From an uncultured virus (IMG/VR IMGVR_UViG_3300035698_035306) (taxonomy: Duplodnaviria; Heunggongvirae; Uroviricota; Caudoviricetes), in IMG/VR virus record IMGVR_UViG_3300035698_035306: DNA of 64,000 nucleotides; one strand, given 5' to 3'. Each line of letters opens with the position of its first letter. Within the stretch, counting starts at the first letter, position 1. The position numbers and the translations under genes were made by a program. Shown here one piece after another: positions 1 through 13,430 of this stretch. Below the pieces are notes generated by a model. It searched no databases. It was not told the DNA's origin and was given only the letters and a program-made list of their open reading frames with translations.

Positions 1-1
1 G

Positions 2-9
2 TATTTTAG
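2..9 (+). promoter_or_regulatory. -7 box of the repeated Bacteroidota-type promoter (upstream part outside window)
   Basis: TATTTTAG followed by tcctataattaa, same context as the other copies; upstream of ATG 33. Confidence 0.55.
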
Positions 10-32
10 TCCTATAATTAAACAAAAACATT

Positions 33-1052
33 ATGAATTTAAGAGAACTATTAACAAAGATACATGAAGGTGAAGTAACTGTCGAGATGGACGGTCATAG
101 ATGTAACCCATTCATTGATAGATTTCAAAAAGAAGTTGAGTCAGTTGAAAAACACAGAGCAGAATATCAAGCACTTGTAGATAAAGGTGTTAAAAAGACT
201 AAAGGTGACCATCCTGTTGACCCTGCAAATATGGTTAAAATGTATGATTATGATTTTGAAGTAAGAACAGGCAACTATATAAGAAGTATGGAGATATACT
301 GTTTCGATTGTGGTTCAAGAATGTACCCAATTTATATGGAAGAAGATAAGACTATTCGCTTTATCAACAGTGGTACTTTTTGGAATATTGCAGATGCATC
401 TGGTAAGAAATATGACTTTGTTGCAACAGTTAAAGATGTACCTAAATGTTCAGCAAAAGAATTAAGAGATACAGGCGTATTAAGAACTGAAATTGAGTGC
501 CCAAGTGGACATTTAATATTTAAGAACTTCTTCAGAGATAAGTATTTCTATGAAGATGATGATAAAGTTGAGTATGGCGGTTCAGATATTTGTTGTGTTG
601 GTGGTCGTTATGATTTAATGAAGAACTTAGCAGAAAGGAATATTGGATATGGACAGATGGGTAATACATCCGTAAATGTCTATTCAAATGACAAAAATGA
701 AGTTATCATTGGAAGTGAAGGTTGTTTCTTAGATAATGATGCCTATTATAAGTCACACCCAGAAAAATTAAAAGAAGATAGAAATTGGGATAAAGAGACT
801 GAACAGTATAGAGCATTCGAGACTGCAACTAAAGACATGGAGCTTAAAGGAGATATCTGTTTAGACGTATGGAGATGGCAATGTGCTGATGTAGTTGTAT
901 TAGCTACTAAGAATGAAAAATGGAAAGAAGAGATGGATGAAGGAACTGATGTTGTTGAATTACATCTTAAGCCAGGTACTTATGTCATAGAACACTATTA
1001 TGATTTCCCTGCAAATGGGGATTATCTACACTCAAAAATTTACAAGAAATAA
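33..1052 (+). CDS. hypothetical phage protein (339 aa, CxxC)
   Basis: long ORF in gene-dense + strand; no recognised family. Confidence 0.8.
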   Translation: MNLRELLTKIHEGEVTVEMDGHRCNPFIDRFQKEVESVEKHRAEYQALVDKGVKKTKGDHPVDPANMVKMYDYDFEVRTGNYIRSMEIYCFDCGSRMYPIYMEEDKTIRFINSGTFWNIADASGKKYDFVATVKDVPKCSAKELRDTGVLRTEIECPSGHLIFKNFFRDKYFYEDDDKVEYGGSDICCVGGRYDLMKNLAERNIGYGQMGNTSVNVYSNDKNEVIIGSEGCFLDNDAYYKSHPEKLKEDRNWDKETEQYRAFETATKDMELKGDICLDVWRWQCADVVVLATKNEKWKEEMDEGTDVVELHLKPGTYVIEHYYDFPANGDYLHSKIYKK

Positions 1053-1417
1053 TGGCCGCATTTGAACTATTAGTTGACATGTTTGGTAGTCGAAAGGGTA
1101 CGATATGTAAGACTGATAATGATTATCTATATCTGCCTACATCAAGTGTTAAATATACACAAGGAAAGAAAGTCATATGGTGGAAGGTCAGAGTACCTGT
1201 TGACGTTGTTGACGATTTTAATGAATATTTTAAGAAGATATGATAGACAAAGATGAAATGATTGATGAAGTAAGAACATTGATAAAAGACGTAGAAAGTA
1301 TGTCTGAAGATGTAACTTGGTTCAATGCAGGAGAAGACATGCAGAGTATAGGTGATAAAGTTGACAGCTTTCTTATCTTACATGCAGCCAAACTGAGAGC
1401 TTTAATAGAAGAATAAC

Positions 1418-1448
1418 TTTATAGTTGCGGACTTAATTTATATATTTG
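1418..1448 (+). promoter_or_regulatory. Bacteroidota-type promoter (TGCG spacer class), probably leaderless
   Basis: TTTA-N19-TATATTTG; ATG at 1452 only 3 nt downstream. Confidence 0.7.
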
Positions 1449-1451
1449 AAT

Positions 1452-1841
1452 ATGGCATACAGACGAGAAGAGAACCCAGGAACATGGGAAAAGATACAAC
1501 TTTGGTGGAAAGAACGTAAGCGAATAAAAGCTGAGAAGAAATTAGCTAAAGCAGCTGATATTTTAAAAGCTGAGAAGAAATTAGCTGAGTTAAAGAAAGC
1601 TGAAGATGAAGCATGGGAAAGAGGGTTTGAAATGAGAATGGAAAGACGAAGAAAATATCCTGAACTATATGCTCCGCCACCACCAAGACCAACTGTACCA
1701 CAAGCATCAGATGATGATGATTTCTTAATATCTGCAGCAATAGGAGCTGTTACTGATAGTGCTCTATTAGGTGGACTATTAGGTGGTAACATGGCAGGTG
1801 GACTATTAGGTGATGTATTAGATGGAGATTTATTTGATTAA
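1452..1841 (+). CDS. hypothetical protein, coiled coil + Pro-rich linker + C-terminal glycine-zipper
   Basis: KAEKKLA repeat (23-nt direct repeat 1525-1547/1564-1586), PPPPRP, GGLLGG/GGLLGD. Confidence 0.7.
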   Translation: MAYRREENPGTWEKIQLWWKERKRIKAEKKLAKAADILKAEKKLAELKKAEDEAWERGFEMRMERRRKYPELYAPPPPRPTVPQASDDDDFLISAAIGAVTDSALLGGLLGGNMAGGLLGDVLDGDLFD

Positions 1842-1846
1842 ATATT

Positions 1847-4800
1847 ATGGAAGAAATAACAATAAAATTCAGATTACGATTGAACAGTGAAAAAAGGGGT
1901 AAGTATAAGAAAGGTGATGAAGATGATTTCTACATCAAGCTTTTAGATGAACAGTGTGGCTTATGTAGGTTTCCTATTGATAAACATTGGGACATAGTTG
2001 GTTATAAAATTGAAAAGGATTAAGATGACAACTATATCATGTGGTAGTGGAGATTGTGAAGATACTCGCACTGACTTACAGAAAGAAAAAGACCACTTTG
2101 CACAACTAAAGAGAATGTATGACTATTCTTATCATCAAGCATTAAGTAAAAATGATATGATAAAGGCAGACTATTATAAGAAGGAAGCTTGGTCTGCAGA
2201 ACTGAAATTAAAAAACTTAAACGAATGAGCCATTCAAATAAACAACATACACTTGACACTTTTCAAGAATTGAAAGGTCAACATGTCTTAATCAATCGAA
2301 AGGTATTAAGATTTATCGCAATAGCACTTGACCAATACGATTATCTTTATATTATGTGGGATGGTAGAGAAGTAAGCTACTGTACTATACTCGATAGAAT
2401 GAGTCAACTAAAAGACAGAATAGATAAGAGTGACTATGATGAGATGGTACGTATATCAAGTATCAATCATATGGATAGTGCAGACTTATGGATGCCGAGA
2501 ACAGATGAAGATAAAGCTAAAACTGCAAAGCAAGCAAATAGAGCAAGATGTATTATTGAAAAACAATTAAACGAAGTAAAAGACTTAGATATGCTCAGCG
2601 AAGTATGTTGGGAATTAAATTAAATATATGATAAGAAAAAAAGAATTAGAGGTTATAATTAAAAATGTACGTCTTAATATAACTACTATCGCAAGTGAAG
2701 TTCATTATGTACGAGAAGCAGGTGATAGTTCACATATTGAATCACTGAAAGCTAAAATCACAGAGCTTGAGGAATATCAAAAAGAGTATATGAAAATCAA
2801 GCACGATGGCACTGAAGAAGTGGACTAATATTGAAAGCTGCCCGCATGGTAGTAATTTCTTAGCTATACTTAAGAAGGGATGGCGTAGAAAAGTCGTGTC
2901 AGTATATGTACATGTTGATAATAACTTCCTTATGTGGAGAGACTTACGTAAAGTGAAGACTAAAATCAGCATGCCTGGGTGGGATTGTACTCATTATTTT
3001 GACTAAATACTTTGGCTCCTGAAGAACTTTTGTTACTTTAGACTTGTAATTAAAAGATAAGACTATGAATAACAAGACATATGAAGGTAACGCAGTTCTA
3101 ACAATCGAAGCTTTCGATTTCAAACAATATAAAGATTTCGTATGGTACCCAGAAAGCAAATCATTTTGGAATGGCCATAAGAAAGAAGGTTTTGAAAGTA
3201 AAAGAGGTGGTGGTCATCGTTACTTAGTATCTGAATTAGAATCAGGCAATGGAGGTGGAGTATTTCAAGATATTATTTATCGTATCAAAGATAAAAAAGC
3301 TTATTACAGACCTCATGTATCTATTAAATTCATAGATGGTTCTTATGCTGATAAACAATTTGAGACATTTAAAGAAGCTCAAGAATATGCAGAAGAAATG
3401 ATTAAAAAGACAATTCAAATCCCTATTCAAATAAACAAATAAGATGGTAAAAGATATTGAAGGCACAGAGATAGCCCCTGGTTGTACAGTAGTATTCTCA
3501 AGGAACTTATGGCATGGTAAAGATGTACTATGTAAGGGTATAGTTAAAACAGTAGCAGCTCAGTCTTGCAGCATCGAAGTAACAACACCTCAACCAGAGG
3601 GTATTAAAGTATACGAAGGTTGGAACGTTTTAAAAAGAGCAAAATTCACGAAAGTATTCGTAATAAAAACCAAATAATTATGGCAAAAGTATTAGAAATA
3701 GTTAAGAAAGTAGATAAAAGAGTTACATTACCTAATGGTACTTATAAAGGTGTTCAAGGTGGGTATGTAATTGAAATTGTATACAACAAAGAGACTTACT
3801 GTATTAAGACAGATGATGGTGTACGTGGATTCAATATTCCAGTAGTTGTGACTATCAGCAATGAGCAGATAGACATTATAAATCTTAAAAACTAATGAAC
3901 GACTTAAAATATATTATCGTAGAACAATTACGAAGTAGTGGTATCAAGAGGGCTATCATATTTAATGGCATGATTAATCATTGTGAAGTAGTACCTAATG
4001 AGAAATATTGGAAAGTAATCTCAGCTGGCTTTTGTCAAGTATCTGGTATGATGTCAATGGACGTAAAAGTCTGGGGTAAGTCAGTGTCATTAGGAGATTT
4101 ACCAAGTCAACCTGAAGATGCAGAGATAATAATGAGAACTGTTAACTGTTTACATGTAATGAATTAAAAATGAAGAATATAAGAACGATGATGGCTGTCA
4201 TATTAGTCATAGTAGCACTAGCATGCTTTGGAGCAACTTACTATTTTTGGGAAGTTGAACCTGTTAAGTGGATGAGTATCTTATTTGCACTCGCGGGTTT
4301 AGATATGATATTTACAGTATGTGGTAAACCATTATTCAAAGGTGGCCCATTAGCTAAGGCAGCTTACGGTGATATTGCTAAAGATGGAATAATTTAAAAA
4401 CAATCATATGAAACCAATAATATTATCAGATAAACAGACTGTTGCACGTATAGAAACAGCAAGGAACACAGGCTTAAACATAGAGTTAGTTGACCATACT
4501 CGAGATGAGTTGGCACCTGTTGGTGCATGTTACAAAATTAGTTCATATATGCCAAATCGAGATGGAGGAAGCGGTGTACAATTAAATGGAGATATTGCAT
4601 TTGTATATGCTGGAAGTAAAGGACTTATCCTTGGTTCTGCAGAACGTAAACGTGCACATGATTTACATATTAAAGATGAAAAAAAATGAACAATCCAAAA
4701 AAGAATTACGGTGAAATAGGTGCTGAACATCAGTACGGTCATACATGTCCAACATGTGGTGAAGATTTCTTAGGAGCTAAAGACCATCACGTATGTAAAG

Positions 4801-5594
4801 AATGCGCAGCTGCCTGGCAAGAGAAAGTAAAAGAATTATCAGAAGAAGAAAGAGAAGCTATCGCACAATTATGTTTTGATATGTCAAAGAGAGTTGTCAG
4901 CTTCATTAAGACAATGGACATAACTAAGAATGGTGAGTTCGATGATGAAGAACCTGTTGTTGGTGTAAATGCATTAGAATTACCAATCACATCAGGTTTA
5001 ATTGATATGTTCTACAAAGGTTATATTAAGGGCAAACACAATGTATAAAATGTTAACATTCCTAGCCCTCATATTCTATCATAGATTTAGAGTTATTAAG
5101 ACTCAACAAATAGCTTATGAAAGAGGTTTAATGCATTACAGAAATGTCCATGGTGATGAAATTAACTTCACTAATTGTCGTTCATTTTGGGCTGATAAGT
5201 TTGGATTTCTATACAGATGTTCAGAACTATATGATGAGAGTAAAATTGATAAACCAAGGTGTACTAATTGCGAATGTACTGATGTTTATATCGTATGTCC
5301 AGACCTATGTTTAGATTGCTATAATGCAGCTAAAGAATGGGAAGGTATAGAAATAATATAGATATGGCAAAAGAATTTATAATTATAAAAAAGAGTACTA
5401 CAGAAACAGCATGGTACGCTAAGAAAATAGGTTACATGTTTCAAGTTGATGAAGATGTTTCATTTCCGAATTGTTACACTATTAGAATATCACATAAGAA
5501 AAACAAGGCTAATTATGGCACTGTTAGTTTAGAAGATGCTGAAATACTTACACCTACAATATTAGAAAAAATCAAAATAGCTTTAAAATATTAA
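1847..5594 (+). other. run of short hypothetical ORFs (about 55-145 aa), tightly packed
   Basis: ORF track; stop-start overlaps; no recognised domains. Confidence 0.7.
3011..3041 (+). promoter_or_regulatory. Bacteroidota-type promoter (CTGA class)
   Basis: TTTG-N19-TACTTTAG then acttgtaattaa; intergenic. Confidence 0.85.
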
Positions 5595-5596
5595 AA

Positions 5597-6745
5597 ATGA
5601 GAAAAACTAAAGAAGCTTCAATTATATTACCAGAAAATCCATTCTGGGAAGTGTTCAAGAGATTTGGACGAGATGAGTTCATTGCACTTGTCATTAATAT
5701 ATTAGGGACTGTTATTTTAGCAGCCATTCTATCTGCTTCTTCAGTGCCAATCGAAACTAAGGTATTACTATTAGCATTCGTCGGTCCTGTCATAGAGAAG
5801 ATTGGGTTCTACCCTGGTCACTTCTGGGAAGCACGCAAGACATTTAATTCTATACCACTCAAGCGAAGAAAACCTTTCAAGTTCTACAGAAAACGAGCTA
5901 TCAAAAGAGGTACTAAATCTTTAATACAAGATATACTTATTCATGACCCAGTTTATATTATCTTAATGTATGTTGGTTTAAATATGTATGCAGGTACTCC
6001 TGAATGGATTCTAGCATTTTTAAGCTTTATCATTGCAGTAGTCATCGTATCATTTATTGAAGTCGGTATGAATGAATTACTGTACAGAGGTTTAATAGCA
6101 AGAATGAAACTTAGGGGCTTTGATAAAGAGAGTTATTATGAAGCTCGTTTTAAGATTGACACATCAAGAAAACCTGAAGATGTTATAAAAATATTCTCTG
6201 AAGAGTTTAATTTACCTAATATCAATAAACACTCTTACGTAGACTATTACTATCAGACTAAGTTACCTATGTTCTCAGGTAGAACACCGAAATTAAGACT
6301 TAGAAAGAGATGTAATAAGAAGCATGATGGTTTTATTCAGACTGCTCAGTTAGTTTATACCCGTGCAGGTGAATGGAGTAAGAATGCATTAAGTCAGTAC
6401 AGGTATTTTCCATTAAGAAAAGATAAGATGTACGCATTCCTTGACCAAGATATGCCTCAGAACATTGATGAAATAAAAGATGAGAAGGTTAAGAGATTTT
6501 TCGCTAAGAATATTGAATTAGAGACACATACGACCGTTAAATTTGATAGATGGGTAGCATTTAACTCTGCAACTATATTGATGTCAGTTGATTACATTGA
6601 AAATGGTGAAGAAAATCCTCATTATTTAGTAGAATTGAAAACATACCATGATAAGGCACTCCTTAAAGAGGCCATGAGATATATGATGGATGAATTTACA
6701 GTAGTGCAAACAACTAAAGATAAGTATAATATCATTAATGAGTAG
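5597..6745 (+). CDS. membrane protein with C-terminal CYTH/VTC-like (triphosphate tunnel) domain
   Basis: 3-4 hydrophobic N-terminal segments; YYEARF, YVDYYY, LRLRK, KFDRW, MSVD, LVELK, terminal KDKY in CYTH/VTC motif order. Confidence 0.6.
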   Translation: MRKTKEASIILPENPFWEVFKRFGRDEFIALVINILGTVILAAILSASSVPIETKVLLLAFVGPVIEKIGFYPGHFWEARKTFNSIPLKRRKPFKFYRKRAIKRGTKSLIQDILIHDPVYIILMYVGLNMYAGTPEWILAFLSFIIAVVIVSFIEVGMNELLYRGLIARMKLRGFDKESYYEARFKIDTSRKPEDVIKIFSEEFNLPNINKHSYVDYYYQTKLPMFSGRTPKLRLRKRCNKKHDGFIQTAQLVYTRAGEWSKNALSQYRYFPLRKDKMYAFLDQDMPQNIDEIKDEKVKRFFAKNIELETHTTVKFDRWVAFNSATILMSVDYIENGEENPHYLVELKTYHDKALLKEAMRYMMDEFTVVQTTKDKYNIINE

Positions 6746-6762
6746 AGTTTCCTGTTAAATAC

Positions 6763-6793
6763 TTTGGCTTCTGAATATTGTTTGTTACTTTTA
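6763..6793 (+). promoter_or_regulatory. Bacteroidota-type promoter (CTGA class)
   Basis: TTTG-N19-TACTTTTA then acttgtaattaa. Confidence 0.8.
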
Positions 6794-6816
6794 ACTTGTA
6801 ATTAATAATAGAAACT

Positions 6817-9800
6817 ATGAGTAATATTAAAACTTCAATCCAAAAAGCTGAACACCTTAAAAAGAAGTTCGGTCCCCAAGCATTAGACGTAGCTAAAGAA
6901 GTACAAGATTTAGCATTATATGTTAACCGACAAGGTGACTTCCCGAATATTAATTCAATCTGGGATAATGTAGTATTAATCTTAACTGACGTTTAAAATG
7001 ACAATTACATCAATGGAAAAAGGCCTAGAAGCAATTAACGACAAGTACTGGAATATAAACTCTGGTGGTTGTGCAATATTTGCAGCTGAATTATGTCAAT
7101 TATTTAATGAAATAGGAGTAAGAGCTGAGATTGCAATTAAGTCATCGTGTTCAAATGCTGAAGAAATTACAGAAGAATTGAGACAAGCTAAAAAGTTTAC
7201 TCTTAATGAATGTAATATGAGAGGCTTTTGGTTCACACATGTACTTGTAAAAGTAGGTGATGTATACATCGACAGCCGCGGTGTACAAGAGAACTCAAAA
7301 TCGAAATATTATACTTATGTTACATTAGATGAGATGAAAGATTTTGCATACCAAGATGGTTGGAACCCTGCATTTGACAGAGAACAAGTTCCTGCTATTA
7401 TTGAAGATTTAAACCAATTAGTAAATAACCAAATATAAAAAATAAGAATATGTCACTATACGAAATGTTAACAGAAGCTGGATTCAAAGGATTATTAATA
7501 CCTGAAAAGTTTTGGGACAAAATGGCCCATAAATATTTTTGGCTACGTAAATTCCACACACCAACATACATAAGCTCTAATAAATGGCTTATTAATGAGA
7601 AAGTTGAAGTATATTTTGATGACTTCCATGTTGATGTATTTAAAGTTGGAAATGATAAACCAACAATGACTTTTGGTAAGAGAGACCAAAATGAAGTAAT
7701 CTTCAAATATATTCAAGATTTAGAGGCATCTATTAAAAATAAATCTGAATAATACTTTGGCTTCTGAGGAATATTTGGTACTTTAGTATAGTAATCAAAC
7801 ATATAAAATATGACATTATTCACTATCGCAGCTACATTCTTTCAACTAAGTGCAACCGCAGACGTAGTAAAAAAGAGTGGAATTTCATTATCAAAAATCA
7901 ACAGAGATTTAACGATAATAATCGGTTCAGCAGTAGTTGGAATTGGAGGTGGTATCACATTAGGAATTTTATCAGCATGTGGAGTAATATAAAAAATCAA
8001 ATATGAGCATTATAAAAGACAAAAACGGTATACAATACGAAGCTGTTAACGAAGAAGATGACAGCTGTAAAGGTTGTGCATTCATGAAAGACCTAAATTA
8101 TAAGGAGACTCAATGTCCTATTAGTATGGCACAGATTGCTTCTTGTGTTAAGAATAAAACGATTTATAAAAAGCTATAATGGACTACACTAAGAAGAATA
8201 AGATAAGACCAGAAAAGGACTTCAATAAGATGGCCGCATCAGAGTATAAATTACTTTACAGACAAGACAGTGAAGACATATTCACTGAGATGATTAACGA
8301 AAAACAACTTAATCATGCAGAATGTATCTTAGTAAGAAGTTACTTTGAACATGCATTACGTAATATTACTCTTGGTCAATATGCATCAGTTAATAAGACA
8401 AGTTATTATCATTTAGCATTTGAACTTGTAGAGAAAATCGTAATTAAAGAGAATTTCAATCATGTATCATTTGACATAGCTAAACGAAACAAACTTAATA
8501 TAAATGAAATGGAAGCATTAAGCGCATTCATGATATCTTGTGTTGGTTTAGGTTTAACGATGGCAACTTTAAAATCTTCAATATGTTAACAACAATTTAT
8601 TTATTTAAAGTAGGAAAAGACATTCAATATACATCTGATAATAAAGTGTTCCATGAATACATGAGTAAAGATGGCTATGAGTACACAGGAGTAATCAGAG
8701 TAAGTAAAGGTGGCTCACTGACAAGTGAAGCTTCAGTAAGTCCAATAATCGGAAAAAATTAAAATATGAATACAGTAGAATTAAAAGACGTAAAGGAGCT
8801 TAACAATCAAATGTTTGAGCTTATCACAAGACATAATGATAAAATCAGAACTGCTATCAAAGGTATTAACAAAGTACTTCCAAAAGATAGTCAGATAGAT
8901 GAAGATTGTTTCTTTGAGATTTATACAAATCACATCGAAGCATTTGCAACTGATGGTAATACAAGAGTACCAGGAAGAGAATGGAGTGTTTATTGGTCAT
9001 TCCCAGTAGCAGGCCAGACAAAGAAAGACTTCTATAAAGGTTCTATTGACGGCGATTATTCAGAAGCAGCTATTCATTTCAGATTAGATAATTTCAATGA
9101 GAGATTAAGCGACAATAACATTTCAGGCTGTGAGTTCTTCACATTAACATTTTGTAATGGAGTATACAGTGACATTATTAATATCTCTGATAGAGGACAA
9201 AGTAAAAGCGTACGATTAGATTATCAAAACGATAACTACTCTGAGATGTCTATCATGAAAGTAGCTAACTATGCAAAGATAGTTCTTTCAATGAAAAGAC
9301 TTAAAGAAGCTTACGATGTAGTTAATAGTTTATCACATATAAAATAAGAAATATGAAAGTAGAAATGATATCTCGTGACGAGAGTGAATTAGAAGATTTT
9401 GACTACAGAGATGAAGTAGTTATTAAAGTTGATGGTAAGACAGTATTCCAAGCCGCTGATGGTGAACCAGAAGATGGCAATTTAAGCCGTGATTTCAGTG
9501 CAATTTATGGTATAGTTGACTTAATGAAAATGGCTTACGATGCAGGTAAGAAAGATGAAGAATTTGAGCAAGTATAATCATGAGTAAAATCAAAGTAGAA
9601 TATTACGTAGAAGATGATAACTTTTCTGATGAAGAATATCAGGCAAGTGAAGCAGTAGTATACATCACAGAAGATGAGATATGGGAACTTGTCAGACAAA
9701 AAGTTGACTTAAAGGAAGGTCAAGATATTTGCCAAGATAATTTTTATTTACATTTAGAAAAATAAGATATGAGCTTTTACAGAAAGATATTAGATGCAGG

Positions 9801-11617
9801 TTACGACAATCAAATGTTTTATGGTAAATACGTAGCAGAATCAGATTCTGAACACGATAAGGATAGGATTTACTACCTTCATAGAAATAATGATGCCAGA
9901 GATGGATTTGCAGATACAATCTACTCAGGTGATAATAGAGGAATGGGCCAAGGTGGCTATGACAGTAATTTAATTGCAGCAGGTGATAAGTATTTTATAG
10001 AAGCAACTGAAGCAGAGTATGAAGCTCAAAAAGTGGCTGATGAAGCTATACCTAAAAGAGATTTAATATGGGATGCAAAAGATTCTTCTGTAATGGGTAA
10101 AGATGCAAGACTTGGTAAATTTGTGATGCAATTAATGCATGTTGAAAAGATACGCGCAAATTGGACACCTCATGAAGAATTACCAAAGGGATTTTCTTCT
10201 AAATTTGGTATCAGAGTAAATGAAGAAGACATTGATATACTTACTGAAGTATTTCAAAAACAATTAGAACGTGTTGTCAGCGGTGATTTAAAATTTTACG
10301 GAAGATATTAATATGACAGAATTAAATTATATTGATGCAGCTGACGCAATAGCTATATCAACAGACAAAAAAGAAGAAGACTTTAATAACACAATGAATC
10401 ATATCTTTGATAAGATAAGAGATACTTGTTCAAGAGGTGACACTGGTTATTCGCTATTCAATGAAACTCTTAATGCTGAATGTAAACAAGAACTTATTAA
10501 AAGAGGTTATAAAGTTGATGAAGTTCCTGATGGTCCTAATGAAACAAAAACTGAAATAAGTTGGGCCAAAGACGAAGAAGTCGAGAACATTAAGAACATT
10601 AAGACTATCAATGTAGTAGATGCTATTCATTTATCTATTGGTTGTGAAAGAAATGACAGTGTAGATGTAAGAGCAGGAGGCCCACCTATACTTGGATATG
10701 ATTTTTACGTAACTGAAGAATCTGCTAGGAATGGTGGACTTGATGTAATGAAAAATGAACTTGAACAATGTTGTAGACAACACAGGAGAGGATTTATAAG
10801 TATCTCATCAAAAACAATTCCTGATTTTAAAGTTGAAAACATATGGACTATGGAGAATATGCAAAAATGTATTAAAGAAAACGAATTATAATGATTGAAT
10901 TATCAAAGACTGACAAGCAGTGGATATTACTATTCAAATTCCACTTAAAAGATAAGTACCCAATGAAAGGTAACTGGATAGAGACGATGAAACCTATGTT
11001 CGAAGAATTATACGGTTGGTCTGCAGATGAATTTCATGTTGACTATTGTAATTGTATGTTTCAGAGACTATTAGAATTATGGCTTAAAATACAAGATGAT
11101 AAGTCAGGTACTAATCTACAATTGAGAGAGATATTCTCTGCTGCATTCTATAAAGGTATCAGTGACACGAGTGAAGTACCAATCGAAAGAGCTATATGTA
11201 GATTGGCTGGATTAATTCAAAACAACAGAGTAAAAGACAGATATAAATTAGATTAATATGGAAGACAATAAAAATATAATGGTTGAGCAAGGTGGTATTC
11301 AATGTGATGCATGTGATTGGAAAGATGATACGCCATTATCGACAAAGGAACTAGAGGCTTATCTTAATAAACCATGCCCCAAATGTGGTGAAAACTTACT
11401 GACAGAAGACGACTTACTCGAGTACGCCAAATTCATGGCAGCTATCAATACAGTTAATGCAATGGATAGCTCAGTAATTGAACAGTTTGAGAGTCTTCTA
11501 GATGAAGATGCAATCATAGATGCATATCAAATAGCAAAAACAAAAGGACTGTCCCAAACAAGACCTGGTACGTTCGTATATGACCAAAAATCTATCAAAG
11601 ATGGCAAGAAAATATAG
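6817..11617 (+). other. run of short hypothetical ORFs
   Basis: ORF track; no recognised domains; 11258-11617 has two CxxC pairs. Confidence 0.7.
7756..7786 (+). promoter_or_regulatory. Bacteroidota-type promoter (CTGA class)
   Basis: TTTG-N19-TACTTTAG. Confidence 0.85.
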
Positions 11618-11852
11618 AATTGAAACAAAAATATTAGAAGATGGCACTGCAGAATACAGAGCTCAAACAAAATGGCATCAACTAAGTTTCTAGTGGTCTG
11701 ATATTAGCTGGAATGGCTCCTATGCTTCTGAAGATATAAGTGTTGCAAATAACTGGAAAGATGCTGAAAGTCGTATCACTTCATATAAAAATAAGAAGAG
11801 AAAGGAAAAGCTTCGAACAAAGTCAAAGAATGTTAAATTTACTAAATTTTAA
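11601..11852 (+). pseudogene. 83-codon ORF interrupted by one in-frame TAG
   Basis: MARKYRIETKILEDGTAEYRAQTKWHQLSF*WSDISW...KFTKF; TAG at 11691-11693, frame stays open to TAA at 11850-11852. Confidence 0.6.
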
Positions 11853-11980
11853 GATATGCAAGGATTAAATATACCTTCAGGTAAGCAGATAATTATATTT
11901 ATTTGTGTAGTATTAGTAGTAGGAATTGCAATAGGATATGGAATAAGTTGCCTATTTTAATAGAGTTTTACGAATAATAC

Positions 11981-12011
11981 TTTGGGTTGTCAAATATTAT
12001 TCTTACTTTAG
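11981..12011 (+). promoter_or_regulatory. Bacteroidota-type promoter (GTCA class)
   Basis: TTTG-N19-TACTTTAG then acttataattaa. Confidence 0.85.
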
Positions 12012-12906
12012 ACTTATAATTAAAAAATAGAATTATGGCAAAATATAAACTTGCAATTGAAATTCAGTATAATGGTGAAACATTCACTAGTAATTTCGCG
12101 AAAAAAGCAGATGAGAAAGAAACAATTGGCACATTCGTAAAAGCTGCAGCTGATGGTGAATTAGACCATTTATCATTTAACAGTGGTAATAAGAAACACT
12201 ACTTCCCAAAGCTTGTTCTTAAGAATAGTGTAATTTCAGTTGTACAGAAGAGTTATTGGATTTAAGATGACATTAGCAAAATAAAATGAAGAAAACACTC
12301 ACATATAATTTAACAAAGAAAGCCCCTGTAAGAGAATTAACTCTTCAGGGCTTTGTCATGCAGGGTATACCAAAAATAAAGCATGATATAACAATTTTCA
12401 ATCACTGGGAATCCCACCAAACTTACGTTGATAGTCAAGGTAGACCAGCTTATTTCGATAGTGATATCGTTACATATTCAGTAGAAATTGATGCAGGTGT
12501 AATGAAACCTTGGAAAGAAGAGAAACCATTATGGGAAGGTAAATATAAAGCAATTTATAGAGACACTCCAGCTATATTACGAATAGGTAAATCTAAAACT
12601 TGGCATGTTCTTGCTGAGAATGGACATGAGGTACATGAACTTTGTAAAGGATTAAGAGCCGGTGATAGAATTGAAGTAGAAAACTTATATTGGCAGTACG
12701 ATTTATAATGGAAAGACAAAAATACTCCAAGCCTTATATGGCACGTTTCTTACTCTATCGTTTCTTTAAAAAAGGGACGTGGAGAAAATACAGCTACTCA
12801 TTAGCTGGTAACTATCCATGGGGTTGGTATTGGACTCAAGAAGATAATGATTTTGCTTGTGGTAGTCAGTTAACTAAATTAAAAGAGCAAACTTTCTGAG
12901 AAAGTC

Positions 12907-12937
12907 TTTGGGTTCTGAAGATTTATTTGTACTTTAG
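12907..12937 (+). promoter_or_regulatory. Bacteroidota-type promoter (CTGA class)
   Basis: TTTG-N19-TACTTTAG then tcttgtaattaa. Confidence 0.85.
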
Positions 12938-13430
12938 TCTTGTAATTAATTTAAAACATTAACCTATGGCTAAAAGACGCAAAACAATCGAACTTCAACT
13001 AGTTATCGACACTGCTAATAATAATCTTGCACGTACAGATTCTGTTGCAACAATAGCGTTCAAAATTGGAATATGTAATATGATTGAGACTATCTTAATC
13101 AATTCAGGTACATATGAAGGTTATTTTCATTCTGATAAAGATGATTGTGAATTTGGTACAATGGGTTATTTCACACGTAAATATTTTTAATCATGGCAGA
13201 AAAGACAGACATACCACAAGAAGCAATAGACTTGCTGTTAGAATACAGAGAACATTATCGTCAGTATACTACTATTAATTATCGTAGAGGTACAAATGGT
13301 GAAAGAGGCTTACACGGTCAATATAGAACTGTACGTGCTAAAATGAACAAAGTGAAACAAAAGCTTGAAGCAACTACTGATTACACAGTTATTACTTCTA
13401 ACTACGAAGCTTATTTAAAAGAAAATTAAG

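Noticed and set aside
11691..11693. Genome-wide TAG recoding (genetic code 15)
   Set aside because: Long genes are intact in code 11, and TAG ends genes right before promoters or next starts (5361, 6745, 40365); only one in-frame case seen
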